This document shows positions 1-9,883 of a stretch of 64,000 nt of DNA, one piece after another. This DNA comes from Chlamydiota bacterium (GTDB lineage Bacteria > Chlamydiota > Chlamydiia > Chlamydiales > Parachlamydiaceae), in contig JABDAE010000002.1 of the NCBI GenBank assembly GCA_013289325.1, positions 1,199 to 65,198 on the forward strand, written 5' to 3'. The position numbers and the translations under genes were made by a program. Under the pieces are notes generated by a model that saw only the letters and a program-made list of their open reading frames with translations, ran no database searches and was not told the origin of the DNA. Each line of letters opens with the position of its first letter. The stretch's first letter is position 1.

Positions 1-546
1 GGGAAGATGTGTCCTCTGCCTAACCATTTCAGCCAAATCGTCATCAAATGTACTTAGAAGACCGTTCATATTCTCTACATCACCAAAAGAGTTCAATATT
101 TGATGATCTCTTTCCATTTGCCTGATTGCGGCATTTTCTGGGTTTAAAATCCATAATTTCGTTTGAATAGCGAGATTGATTTGAGGACAAACAAAACCGA
201 TAGCTGAAAAAAGAGCCCCTACTGTACAGGCAAAAATGCGCGCAATTCTTAACTTCAGATCTCTTGGCCCAAAGAGATGCTCCGCAACCTTTTGGGCCGT
301 ATTTCCCTCTTTGGCCATTACCCTTGCCACTGTCCAAGGAATTAAAGTCACAAGATTTACAGCCAAATATCCCACATTTTCAATGGCAGCGCCAACTTGC
401 GCAATGGCTCCAAAAGCCGTCTGCATACGCGCTTTAAATTGATTTGCTGCGCCTTTTTTTGCTAAATTTTCTTCCACTTGAATAAAGAGCTTTTCCAAAT
501 TTGCATTTGGTCCATAACTTTGTATTTTATTTAATCCATCAAACAT
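1..546 (-). CDS. Hypothetical membrane protein, N-terminal part only (gene continues left of window); paralog of 788..2215
   Basis: Own translation of the minus strand from the ATG at 546-544 gives MFDGLNKIQSYGPNANLEKLFIQVEENLA...AQKVAEHLFGPRDLKLRIARIFACTVGALFSAIGFVCPQINL. It is open in frame to position 1. It aligns with SYGPSANVESLYVKVEKRLA...AQKVANALWGPRDLGKKILGIFTSAIGALSSVFGVLCPKTNL of the neighbour. It is absent from the ORF track because it is truncated. Confidence 0.7.
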   Translation of the reverse strand, partial: MFDGLNKIQSYGPNANLEKLFIQVEENLAKKGAANQFKARMQTAFGAIAQVGAAIENVGYLAVNLVTLIPWTVARVMAKEGNTAQKVAEHLFGPRDLKLRIARIFACTVGALFSAIGFVCPQINLAIQTKLWILNPENAAIRQMERDHQILNSFGDVENMNGLLSTFDDDLAEMVRQRTHLP

Positions 547-720
547 AAAAACCTATTTTAGTAACATATCATATATAAAACATGGATACTAGCACACTTC
601 TATTTTTATAAAAAGCAAAATCGATCTCCGTTTGTAAGCTCTATCGCTGGGGAAGCAGCGATAGAACACAATAAAATGCACGCGTAAACATGTTAACGAA
701 AATGAAAAAAGGCAAAATGC

Positions 721-757
721 AAAAAAGCCTTATCGCAAATTTATTTGCGATAAGGCT
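721..757 (-). terminator. Rho-independent terminator downstream of 788..2215
   Basis: Near-perfect hairpin agccttatcgcaaat / atttgcgataaggct (726-757). On the minus strand it is followed by a T-run (A-run 721-726 on plus). It lies about 30 nt after the stop codon. Confidence 0.7.
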
Positions 758-787
758 TTAAAATACCCTTAAGGAAGTATTATTCGC

Positions 788-2215
788 TTAAGTGGTTGGA
801 ACAGTTAAAGGAGAACCAACGCCTGCAGCACGGGCGGCATCTCTTACACCAGGAGCTGGGGATCCAGCACGAGCTGCTCTACCACCTCCCCCTCTAGGAC
901 TTTGCGCACCAGAGGCAGCGCCCATAGCAGGAATAGAGCCATGAGAACCACCGGCACCAAGAGAAGCTTTACCTTGATCCTCATCAGAATTTGAAACAGG
1001 TGGAACTACAGGATCTGGAAATGCAACAGCTGTCAAAGCTGCCATTCTCACCCTGTCTTCCTGCGCTTTGGTAAGAACCTTGAGAGTTTCTTCTCTTGCA
1101 GTTTTAGCCTTAGTTTGCGCCTCAGTCCTTGCGGATGTAACCACAAGCCTTTCACGGTCCGTTAGATCTGGGCTTACGGCTTTTGCTAAGGCTTCATCAG
1201 CTTTTGTCCATGCCTTGAGTGCTTTTTCATCGGCTTTTTGCGCCTTGGTTAGGACCGCTTCTACTTGCTTGTCATACTGTGCAATTAATGCTTTCGCCTT
1301 TTCTACTTGTCTCTCTAACTTCACAACTTCTGCAAATTGTCCTTTTGTCGTTGTTCTCAATGCATTTTTCATCTTCAATACATTTTTCGTATCCTTAAGG
1401 GAAACTGGATTATCACCAAGTTGTTTATCATAAGCTGTGAATAACTCTGTTATTTTCGCACGAGATCCGACAAAGGCCACATCTATTGCTTCTAATTGAT
1501 CCAGCAATTTCTTTGGAAAGTGCGATTTGTCGAGACCTTGTTGAAAATGCGATATAGGGCCATACGCTCTCTCGCAAATAGCTTGACGGCCGGCTAATTG
1601 ATCGCGCCAAATATGATCGAGATCAATTTGTCTATTGGCAACCGCTGCACTATTCATTGAGCTATCCCCGTACCTAGGGTAATCGTCTATGTTCACGTTG
1701 GCAAGTTTTTCTTGCACTTTGAGGTTAGTCTTTGGACAAAGGACGCCAAAAACGGAAGAAAGTGCGCCGATAGCGGAGGTAAAGATACCCAAAATTTTCT
1801 TGCCGAGATCGCGTGGACCCCATAGAGCGTTTGCAACTTTTTGCGCCTGCTCGTTATCATTTTCTCCCTTCTTTCTCGCAATCGATTGTGGGAGTGCAGT
1901 AAAAAGACTTCCTATGGCATACACTGCATTTTCAACAGTCGCTGCCACCTGCACACCTGCGCCAAGTACTGTAAGTCCGCGCGCTGTCACCTGATTGATA
2001 AAGCCACCCACTGCTAATCTCTTTTCTACTTTCACGTAAAGAGATTCTACATTTGCGCTCGGTCCATAGCTCATGATTTTGCGACCAAAGGCCACTGTCT
2101 TATCTAGCCTGCTATCGATTACAGGACTTGATCCAAATCCACCCATTGCTTCGTGTACACTACCAGTAGCTGCTAAACTTGCTGCAGCTCCCATACCACC
2201 TAACTCGCTTGCCAT
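788..2215 (-). CDS. Hypothetical membrane protein, Inc-like (bilobed hydrophobic domain plus coiled-coil-like region)
   Basis: 475-aa ORF with two adjacent hydrophobic segments (LTVLGAGVQVAATVENAVYAIGSLFTAL and ILGIFTSAIGALSSVFGVLCP). It also has a long A/K/E-rich helical region and a G/A/P-rich C-terminal tail. The function call is by analogy to chlamydial inclusion membrane proteins only. Confidence 0.55.
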   Translation of the reverse strand: MASELGGMGAAASLAATGSVHEAMGGFGSSPVIDSRLDKTVAFGRKIMSYGPSANVESLYVKVEKRLAVGGFINQVTARGLTVLGAGVQVAATVENAVYAIGSLFTALPQSIARKKGENDNEQAQKVANALWGPRDLGKKILGIFTSAIGALSSVFGVLCPKTNLKVQEKLANVNIDDYPRYGDSSMNSAAVANRQIDLDHIWRDQLAGRQAICERAYGPISHFQQGLDKSHFPKKLLDQLEAIDVAFVGSRAKITELFTAYDKQLGDNPVSLKDTKNVLKMKNALRTTTKGQFAEVVKLERQVEKAKALIAQYDKQVEAVLTKAQKADEKALKAWTKADEALAKAVSPDLTDRERLVVTSARTEAQTKAKTAREETLKVLTKAQEDRVRMAALTAVAFPDPVVPPVSNSDEDQGKASLGAGGSHGSIPAMGAASGAQSPRGGGGRAARAGSPAPGVRDAARAAGVGSPLTVPTT

Positions 2216-2327
2216 AACTTAACTCCTTTTTTATTTCATAAAAAACACGAATTTGTAAACCAAAACAACAAGTTATCAAGATCACAAATTAATGTCAACA
2301 CGTTTTGTTTTCATAAGATACACTATC

Positions 2328-3677
2328 TTAAAGAATTGTGGCTGCAAGTGCAGCGAGTTGCGATCGCTCTGTCTTTTCAAGGAACACATGTCCATAAATT
2401 TTGTGATCGGAAAACTTACCGATCGCATATGTTAAGCCGTTTGAGTCTTTATCAAGATAAGGGTTGTCAATTTGAGTTGGATCTCCTGTTAAGATCACCT
2501 TTGTCCCATCACCTGCCCTTGAAATAATCGTCTTGACCTCATGCGGCGTTAAATTTTGCGCCTCATCGATGATGATATACATCTTAGGCAGCGATCTACC
2601 TCTAATGTAAGTCACAGCTTCCATTTCGATCTTCTTGCTCTCCATCACCCAACGAAGCGTCTCATGGGCTTCATTACCGGATGAATTGCATAAAAACTCT
2701 AAGTTATCATAAATCGGCTGCATCCAGTTAAATAGCTTTTCTTCCTTTGTTCCAGGCAAATACCCAATATCTCTTCCTAAAGGGATCACTGGACGGCTGA
2801 CTAAAATGCGCGAGTATAGCCCCTCATCAAAGACTTTGCGAAGGCCGCAGGCAAGAGCTAGCAACGTCTTTCCAGTTCCCGCCTGCCCAATTAAGGTTGC
2901 AAGTTTAATGTCGTCGCGAAGCAGTAAGTCAATAGCGCAGCGCTGCTCGACGTTGCGAGGTTTTACCCCCCATATGTTTGGCACTTTAAGAAGCGGCTCA
3001 ACCACTGCCTTATCGCCATCATATTTACCAACTGCTGATGAGTGCTCAGCTGACGTCACAATGCAGTACTCATTGGGGCGAAAGTCTTGCTTTGGAGGCG
3101 TTAGGACATTATCTTTATAGAAAAGATCTATCTCGTGTTTACTCGCCTCAATCCTTCGAATCCCCTTATAAATGGAGTCGTAGGCAAATTTAAGATTTTG
3201 GTAGTCTTGCGCCACCAGCCCAACAGCTTCTGCCTTAATCCTTGCGGCAAAATCTTTGGACACAAAGACCACATCGTCCCCTTTTTCATGCAGGAGAAAC
3301 GCTGCCATGATGATGCGGTTATCGTTTACTTCAAGGGTGAAGTTATAGGGAAAATCTGTCTTTATCTCTAGCTGAACGCGGACCGTTGTCCCTTCTTTAA
3401 TCGTAACGCCATGATGTAAATCCCCTTTGCCTTCTTTACTAAATGTATCGAGCATTCTAAAAATGGCGCGCGAATTTTTTCCAAGATCGCTTGGCAGGCG
3501 CTTCATCTTATCTAGTTCTTCGAGCACTGTAACGGGAATGACCACATGATGGCGCCCAAACTTTAAAAGTGATTCAGGATCATAGAGGAGAACGTTGGTG
3601 TCTAAAACAAATGTCTTTTTTTTCACTGGCAATTCCTTATACGGTAAGAGATAAATTTTTTGATAATCTTGGATCAT
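2328..3677 (-). CDS. phoH: PhoH2-type protein (N-terminal PIN domain fused to PhoH-like ATPase)
   Basis: N-terminal FVLDTNVLLYDP PIN signature. Walker A GQAGTGKT and Walker B-like IIIDEAQN. 449 aa. Confidence 0.85.
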   Translation of the reverse strand: MIQDYQKIYLLPYKELPVKKKTFVLDTNVLLYDPESLLKFGRHHVVIPVTVLEELDKMKRLPSDLGKNSRAIFRMLDTFSKEGKGDLHHGVTIKEGTTVRVQLEIKTDFPYNFTLEVNDNRIIMAAFLLHEKGDDVVFVSKDFAARIKAEAVGLVAQDYQNLKFAYDSIYKGIRRIEASKHEIDLFYKDNVLTPPKQDFRPNEYCIVTSAEHSSAVGKYDGDKAVVEPLLKVPNIWGVKPRNVEQRCAIDLLLRDDIKLATLIGQAGTGKTLLALACGLRKVFDEGLYSRILVSRPVIPLGRDIGYLPGTKEEKLFNWMQPIYDNLEFLCNSSGNEAHETLRWVMESKKIEMEAVTYIRGRSLPKMYIIIDEAQNLTPHEVKTIISRAGDGTKVILTGDPTQIDNPYLDKDSNGLTYAIGKFSDHKIYGHVFLEKTERSQLAALAATIL

Positions 3678-3844
3678 ACACAGATCAAAAAAAAGCGCAA
3701 AGTATTTATTAGATCACTTGCATAAGGTTTATTTCTTAGCACTCGCAGGGTTTATTTGCTAATTTTTACATAAAAATGATTGACCTAAATGAAATTTTTT
3801 GTTAGACTTACACTCAAATTAACGACTGCAAGGAGGATTTGATA

Positions 3845-4657
3845 ATGAAAATTACCCCTAAAATATTTCATCTACCCCCATACCTTTCAACTGCTTGGTC
3901 CGATGTTCGCGCGATCTACCATAAAGATGGAATGCTCACGATCTTGCTTTTAAACGGCCACTCCATTGAAATTCCCAAAATTGACGATGAGATCAAACAA
4001 CAAATTTTTTCTGCCCACGCAAGCTTTTTACAGGAAAAACAAGAGGTTAAACCCTTGCCTTTACCTAACATCAAAAGTCAGCTCAGCCTGCCCTTTCAGG
4101 TTTTTCACTTAAAAACTCCTTTAGATATTCCCCCTCATATCGCAGTTGATAGCTTATTAGCAGAGATCATGAACCACACACCTCCGACAATGAGAATGCA
4201 ACTTGACTCCATGGAAACAATTGCAAATAGCATGCAACACAATCCAAAACAAGCCAACACACCGGATATTCCGCAAGAAATTCTTCACAAAATCGCCCAA
4301 GTGGCAAAAATTGTGGTATCAAATGACATCGAATCTATCCCTCCTCCAGAGCCCCACTGCAATTGTCCTCACTGTCAAATTGCGCGCGTCATTCATAAAG
4401 ATACTAAATATACAGAAGAGAGTGAAGGCCTTACTGCAAAAGAAGAGCTACCCTCTCAAAATGCGCCCTCTCAAGACTTAACTCTTCAAGGTATTTGGGA
4501 GATTCAAGAACTTGGCAAAGAGACGTATACTGTAAAAAGCAGATCAAATCCTAGCGAGACATATAGCGTAACACTTAAGGGTAGCCTTGGCAATACCTTT
4601 GGCTGCACATGTGGACAATTTGGATGCGAGCACCTCATCGCAGTCCTTAAAAGCTAA
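3845..4657 (+). CDS. SWIM zinc-finger domain protein
   Basis: C-terminal CTCGQFGCEHLIAV matches the CxCxnCxH SWIM motif. AGGAGG at 3831-3836 lies 8 nt before the ATG at 3845; the track start TTG 3839 is less likely. Confidence 0.6.
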   Translation: MKITPKIFHLPPYLSTAWSDVRAIYHKDGMLTILLLNGHSIEIPKIDDEIKQQIFSAHASFLQEKQEVKPLPLPNIKSQLSLPFQVFHLKTPLDIPPHIAVDSLLAEIMNHTPPTMRMQLDSMETIANSMQHNPKQANTPDIPQEILHKIAQVAKIVVSNDIESIPPPEPHCNCPHCQIARVIHKDTKYTEESEGLTAKEELPSQNAPSQDLTLQGIWEIQELGKETYTVKSRSNPSETYSVTLKGSLGNTFGCTCGQFGCEHLIAVLKS

Positions 4658-4663
4658 AGCTTT

Positions 4664-6502
4664 ATGCCTGATCCAATCGATGTAATAAAAGTTTATAAAG
4701 AGCTTTATGACGTCGTCATTCCCGATCTTGACTATTACATCAGGCAAATCGATTGCCGCGATGGATGCCCTGTCAATACAGATCCAAGAGGTTACATGAT
4801 CGCGCTTCACGCGGGTAACTTCTTAGAAGGGTATAAAATCGCAAGAGGGCCAAACCCGTTTGCCTCCGTCTGCGGTGTCATCTGCGGCGCTCCTTGCGAG
4901 CTTAGCTGTCGCCGCGATAGAGTGGATAAAACCCTCACCATAAGAGCCCAAAAAAGGTATCTTGACGAATGGTTTGGTCTCGATAAAAACGCCCACATAA
5001 AATCGCTTGAGATGAGCTATGCAAGGGGTTCTACTCACCCCAAACCAAATGGCCTTAAGATCGCGTGCATAGGGGCAGGCGTTGCCTCCTTAACAGCTGC
5101 GCACGATTTACTTCGCTTAGGGTATAGTGTCGATGTGTATGAGATGATGCCAAAACCAGGTGGCATGCTCACCTACGGCGTTCCCTCCTATCGCCTTAAA
5201 AACGATGTCGTCTTTAACGAATGCTACGCCATTGAATATCTTGGCGCCAAGATGATCTACAATGTCAAAATCGGGAGAGATCTCACCTTAACAGAACTAC
5301 AAAAGCAATACGATGCAATCTTCATTGGCGTTGGCCTTTGGAAATCGCGCGCTCTTCCCATTCCAGGAGCCGATGCCCCCGATATCATCAAGGGAATTGA
5401 TTACTTAAGGGTCAAGTGCGTTGACGGAGAGTGGAAAATTGGGGAAAACTTAGTCGTCGTTGGCGGCGGCAACGTCGCCTACGACGTCGCGCGCACTTCT
5501 ATTCGCAATGGGGCAAAAAAAATCACCATGGTGTGTCTTGAGACGCGCGATGAGCAGACAGCTGATGAATTTGAAATTGAAGATGGCGTTGAAGAGGGAA
5601 TCGAGATGATTAACCGCGTTGCGCCAATTGAAGTTCAAAGGGATCCATTAGGAAAAGTCACTGGACTTAAAGTGCAAGAGATCTACTCGCTATTCGATTA
5701 TAACGGCAGATTTTCCCCGCAGGTAATTCCAAATACTGAGTATGTCATCCCCTGCGATACAATTGCCCTTGCCATTGGACAGGCCATGGATGAATCTATC
5801 TTCGACGGGTGGGATCAAAAAGATAAATTCATCCTCGATCGCGGCATCATTAAGACAGAGCGAGGAACGGGCAGAACAAGTGTAAAAAATGTCTACGCAG
5901 GAGGCGATGCCGCCTTTGGTCCGGCTCTTTTTATTACCGGTATACGCCACGGACAAGAGGCTGCAAGAGCAATCGATGAGGATCTTCTTTCGACAAAACC
6001 CTACCGCGAATATGTCGGAGAGTTTACCGAAATATCCCCTATGCGCGATAAGACATATCTTAAAACGCCCTGGAAGCTTCCCACCATGCAGTCCCCTGAA
6101 AAAAGAGTGCAAAATTACGATCTGGTCGAAAATAATTACACAGACCAAGAAGCCCACGATCAAGCTAATCGCTGCCTGCAATGCCACGTCAGCCCTGTTT
6201 TTGACGGATCTCTTTGCATCAAATGCAACGGATGTGTCGACGTTTGCCCTTGCAATTGCTTATCCCTTGTCTCGTTAAGTAAGATTAATCTCGACTACGG
6301 CGAAGGGAATATGCGGCGCGCTGTCGATAATTTTTATGGAATCAATTCCCACGAGATGAGCGATGAAGAGTTGATTTCCATGGGAAGCGTCATGTTAAAA
6401 GATGAAGATCTTTGCATCAGGTGCGGCCTTTGCGCAGAAAAATGCCCCACGCAAGCTGTCACAATGGATGCGATGAATTACTCCTTTAGATGGATTGGAT
6501 AA
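4664..6502 (+). CDS. GltD-like NAD(P)H-dependent FAD oxidoreductase with Fe-S clusters (glutamate synthase small-subunit family) fused to a 2x[4Fe-4S] ferredoxin domain
   Basis: N-terminal Cys cluster CGVICGAPCELSC. Dinucleotide-binding motifs ACIGAGVASLTAAHDL and VVVGGGNVAYDVA. C-terminal CIKCNGCVDVCP and CIRCGLCAEKCP. Confidence 0.75.
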   Translation: MPDPIDVIKVYKELYDVVIPDLDYYIRQIDCRDGCPVNTDPRGYMIALHAGNFLEGYKIARGPNPFASVCGVICGAPCELSCRRDRVDKTLTIRAQKRYLDEWFGLDKNAHIKSLEMSYARGSTHPKPNGLKIACIGAGVASLTAAHDLLRLGYSVDVYEMMPKPGGMLTYGVPSYRLKNDVVFNECYAIEYLGAKMIYNVKIGRDLTLTELQKQYDAIFIGVGLWKSRALPIPGADAPDIIKGIDYLRVKCVDGEWKIGENLVVVGGGNVAYDVARTSIRNGAKKITMVCLETRDEQTADEFEIEDGVEEGIEMINRVAPIEVQRDPLGKVTGLKVQEIYSLFDYNGRFSPQVIPNTEYVIPCDTIALAIGQAMDESIFDGWDQKDKFILDRGIIKTERGTGRTSVKNVYAGGDAAFGPALFITGIRHGQEAARAIDEDLLSTKPYREYVGEFTEISPMRDKTYLKTPWKLPTMQSPEKRVQNYDLVENNYTDQEAHDQANRCLQCHVSPVFDGSLCIKCNGCVDVCPCNCLSLVSLSKINLDYGEGNMRRAVDNFYGINSHEMSDEELISMGSVMLKDEDLCIRCGLCAEKCPTQAVTMDAMNYSFRWIG

Positions 6503-7749
6503 ATAAAATCGACAATAGGTCTTAAGTCGCTTATGCTTGCAAATTCTTTTTGTTGGCATCTCATCATTTCTCTTAATGCAGTGCTTTCTTGAATTCTTAT
6601 AACTAATTTCCCTATTTGTGATTCATCCTTGCAGATTAAAGCGATATTTTGACTCTCATAAAACTTGGCATTTCTTTCTTCGTGTCCTCCATAGACATCG
6701 AGTAAAATCATCGGCACCCCAATGGCAGCGGCTTCACAAGGAGAAAGCCCTCCTGATTTGGTGATGTATAGATCAGATGATTTAATAAAGCCAAAAAGTT
6801 CATCTTGAGGCGTTAAACTTATTTGATAGCGACAAGTGGCTGCATCGTAATTTTTGTGAAACAATACACGCAAAAAAACACCTTGGGCGTTATAACGCTC
6901 CACAACTCTTTTAAGTGCCTTGCTATGCTCTTCATTCTTGCCACAAACTGCGATGATTTGAATGGGTTTCTCTTTCACAAAGCTAACAATGCTTTCAACG
7001 ATTTTGGGAAAATTGCCAATCCCTTCAGATCCCGAGGCAAGCGTTATGGTATATAGATTTGGATTTAGCTTACGCTCAAGTAAAAAACCTTCCCGATCGA
7101 TTGGATCCTTAACCGTCGAAGAGACTGGCATTCCCGTCACTGCCAATTGGCTGTCTAAAACACCTGCATTGAGATACGCATTTTGCAACGCGGGATGCGG
7201 TAAAAACGTCATGTCAAGCTGCTTGGCTACCTTAGGAAACACATCGACCAACATGTCTGTTAAAATAAAGGCAATTTTTTGACTTTGCAGCATCCCATTT
7301 AAACGGGCAAATGCAAGCGATGCTGCCGTTAGCTCATGCGCTACTATCACATGGGTAAAGCCTTTCTCTTCGATATAAGTCACTAAATGCTTCACATTGA
7401 CATAATGGGCAATTTGATCAAGAGATTGATTGCCCTTTCGCATCAAATCCTCATACGCTTTTGTAACAAGATCTGGGCTATTTTTAACTGCTGTCCAGTA
7501 TATAGTCGAGCGCGACTTATTTTTTAATGGGGAGCTAAAATCTTCCGCGTTCTTTATCACAACCTCTGCCTTGCTATCGGCGTTTAAAATCGCATTTTTT
7601 GCCGATTCACTCGCCGCTTTATGCCCACCTCCAATTGTAGAAGAAAGAATCAGCACACCTGGCCTTTGTACTTCTACATCATGGGATACAGCCTTTTGCA
7701 AAGCCACCGCCATCAAAATGATGAGGAAAATTAATGTGTTTTTTTTCAT
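6478..7749 (-). CDS. GT28-like glycosyltransferase (MGDG synthase / diacylglycerol glycosyltransferase family), signal peptide
   Basis: N-terminal hydrophobic leader. ILSSTIGGGHKAASE motif typical of the MGDG-synthase N-domain. C-terminal GT-B motif KSGGLSPCEAAAIGVPMILL. Confidence 0.6.
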   Translation of the reverse strand: MKKNTLIFLIILMAVALQKAVSHDVEVQRPGVLILSSTIGGGHKAASESAKNAILNADSKAEVVIKNAEDFSSPLKNKSRSTIYWTAVKNSPDLVTKAYEDLMRKGNQSLDQIAHYVNVKHLVTYIEEKGFTHVIVAHELTAASLAFARLNGMLQSQKIAFILTDMLVDVFPKVAKQLDMTFLPHPALQNAYLNAGVLDSQLAVTGMPVSSTVKDPIDREGFLLERKLNPNLYTITLASGSEGIGNFPKIVESIVSFVKEKPIQIIAVCGKNEEHSKALKRVVERYNAQGVFLRVLFHKNYDAATCRYQISLTPQDELFGFIKSSDLYITKSGGLSPCEAAAIGVPMILLDVYGGHEERNAKFYESQNIALICKDESQIGKLVIRIQESTALREMMRCQQKEFASISDLRPIVDFIYPIHLKE

Positions 7750-7820
7750 GAGCTCTTACCTTGACATTTTTGCTTGGTTTACACTATACATAATTAACGT
7801 TTTGTTTTAAAAGAGGTCTA

Positions 7821-7964
7821 ATGTATTGGTGTTTGATGAGCTCCCTTCTTTTTGGAATCGCAGGTGTTGTCGTCTACATCTTTTATTTGCGCAACGGGCA
7901 ATTTGATGACCCAGAAGATGTCAAGTATCAGCTTTTTCGAAATGATGATAATGATGTAAAATAA
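7821..7964 (+). CDS. ccoS: CcoS/FixS-like small membrane protein (47 aa), not in ORF track
   Basis: AAGAGG at 7811-7816 precedes the ATG at 7821. Translation: MYWCLMSSLLFGIAGVVVYIFYLRNGQFDDPEDVKYQLFRNDDNDVK. It has one TM helix followed by the GQFDD motif characteristic of CcoS/FixS. The stop lies 4 nt before the Rieske start. Confidence 0.6.
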   Translation: MYWCLMSSLLFGIAGVVVYIFYLRNGQFDDPEDVKYQLFRNDDNDVK

Positions 7965-7968
7965 AAAA

Positions 7969-8481
7969 ATGCCAAAATACCGAAATTCACTTAATACAAA
8001 AGAAAACGATAGCGACCCCGCCATCTCAAGACGCTCCTTTTTAGCCATTATGGGAATGGGAGCTTGTCTTGGCGGCGCCTTTAGCCTCACGGGTGCATCT
8101 CTTCTTGGATTCCTCTATCCAAATGCGATGAAAATCCCACCCAGCATCTTTTCTTTGGGAAGGCCTGAGGAGCTCTTAAGCCGCGATGGCAAGTTCTTTA
8201 ATCCAAAGCAAAAAGTATTTATCGAAACAAAAGATGGGAAAGTAAGAGTGCAAACAGCCGTCTGCACGCATTTAGGATGCACAGTAAATATGGTCGATAC
8301 CGGCTACGCCTGCCCATGCCATGGCTCAACCTATGACCAATATGGAAAAAATACAGGAGGCCCCGCCCCCTTCCCCTTAGTCTATTTTGCTATTTTTAAG
8401 GGTGCATCTGGCGATATCATGGTCGATAAAAATAAGACCTCCTTAGACTGGAATGCCGCTTGGTACTCTCCTTTGGCTTAA
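7969..8481 (+). CDS. petA: Rieske [2Fe-2S] subunit of a cytochrome bc-type complex
   Basis: Tat-like SRRSFLAIMG leader. Cluster ligands CTHLGC...CPCHGS. Confidence 0.9.
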   Translation: MPKYRNSLNTKENDSDPAISRRSFLAIMGMGACLGGAFSLTGASLLGFLYPNAMKIPPSIFSLGRPEELLSRDGKFFNPKQKVFIETKDGKVRVQTAVCTHLGCTVNMVDTGYACPCHGSTYDQYGKNTGGPAPFPLVYFAIFKGASGDIMVDKNKTSLDWNAAWYSPLA

Positions 8482-8552
8482 TTTTCTTTTCTTGTATCTA
8501 AGAGAAGAGATATGCTAAAAATAATTTAATCTTTTACCAATAGAATACTTTA

Positions 8553-9878
8553 ATGGCGACATTTAAAGGAGTGCCGAGAGAATCTTGGCGAACGTACCTA
8601 AAAAACCTTCCAAGACTGATTTTAAAGTCGATTTTTCGACACGGATACCCAAACAACGACGTCGATAGATCAGAAATCGTCTTTAAAAACTTTTTTCTCC
8701 ACTTTCACCCCGTCAAATGCCACAAAAACTCACTTGACCCATTTTACACCCTAGGCCTTGGCGCTATCACGACGAGCTTATTTTTGCTTCTCTCCTTCAC
8801 AGGCGTTGTATTGATGTTTTACTATGTCCCGGCAGAAGATAGAGCCTATGAGATCATGAAGGATTGGCAAGACACAACACCTTTTGCAATGATGTTTCGC
8901 AATATGCATCGCTGGAGCGCCCACATGATGGTCCTCTTCGTGTTTTTGCATATGTCACGCGTCTTTTATACAGGCTCATATAAGGGCGAGCGCCGCTTTA
9001 ACTGGGTCATCGGCATCATCCTCATGGTCTTAACACTCCTTCTCTCTTTTACAGGTTATCTTCTCCCTTGGGATCAACTCGCCTTTTGGGCCATTACGGT
9101 GGGTAGTAACATCGCAGGATATGCGCCGAGCATTCCCGGCTTTGAATACAATGTCAATCGCGTCATGCTGCTTGCCTCCACAAACGTTGGTCAAGATGCG
9201 CTCATCCGCTTTTATGTCTTGCATGTCGCCTTTTTACCCCTTCTTGCAGGCACCTTAATCGGCGTGCACTTTTGGCGCATCAGAAAAGATGGAGGGCTCT
9301 CCCGTCCACCTGATAGAATCCGGCCAGATCCCATTAGAGTGGTCCAGCGCTCAGATACAAAAGAGACTTTTGCGCCAGGTGTAAAAAGAACGTATGGCTT
9401 AATGGAGCTTGTTAAAGGCTCATGCCCAACGGTCAATAAGGGGCCGTACAACTTTGTCTTCACCTGGCCAAATCTCTTAAGAGCTGAACTTGTGGCATTC
9501 CTTTTGACCACAGCGCTAATCCTTTGTTTATCCTTTATCGACGCCCCTCTTGAGGAGCCTGCCAACCCAAGCAAGCCCACAAACCCCTCAAAAGCGCCAT
9601 GGTACTTCTTAGGGCTACAAGAAATGGTTGCCTATAACGCCTTTTGGGGCGGCGTCGGCATTCCGGCGATCATTGTCCTCGGCCTTATGGCAATTCCATA
9701 CCTAGATAGAAATCCCAAAGGAGAAGGGCATTGGTTCCATAAAAGCCGCTACCTTGCTATTTTTCTTTATACGACGTTTATGCTTTGGCAAGGGATCCTC
9801 GTAATTATCGGCACTTATTTTCGCGGCGCCAACTGGGGTTGGATGTGGCCTTGGACTGAAAACTTTGCAAGGCATTAA
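8553..9878 (+). CDS. petB: Cytochrome b (full-length, b6 plus subunit IV equivalent)
   Basis: 441 aa and polytopic. FRNMHRWSAHMMVLFVFLHMSRVFYTG and PWDQLAFWA motifs typical of cytochrome b. Confidence 0.9.
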   Translation: MATFKGVPRESWRTYLKNLPRLILKSIFRHGYPNNDVDRSEIVFKNFFLHFHPVKCHKNSLDPFYTLGLGAITTSLFLLLSFTGVVLMFYYVPAEDRAYEIMKDWQDTTPFAMMFRNMHRWSAHMMVLFVFLHMSRVFYTGSYKGERRFNWVIGIILMVLTLLLSFTGYLLPWDQLAFWAITVGSNIAGYAPSIPGFEYNVNRVMLLASTNVGQDALIRFYVLHVAFLPLLAGTLIGVHFWRIRKDGGLSRPPDRIRPDPIRVVQRSDTKETFAPGVKRTYGLMELVKGSCPTVNKGPYNFVFTWPNLLRAELVAFLLTTALILCLSFIDAPLEEPANPSKPTNPSKAPWYFLGLQEMVAYNAFWGGVGIPAIIVLGLMAIPYLDRNPKGEGHWFHKSRYLAIFLYTTFMLWQGILVIIGTYFRGANWGWMWPWTENFARH

Positions 9879-9883
9879 TTTTC

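Noticed and set aside
7818-8090. 90-aa minus-strand ORF overlapping the Rieske start
   Set aside because: It is antisense to both the CcoS-like mini-ORF and petA, each of which has motif support.
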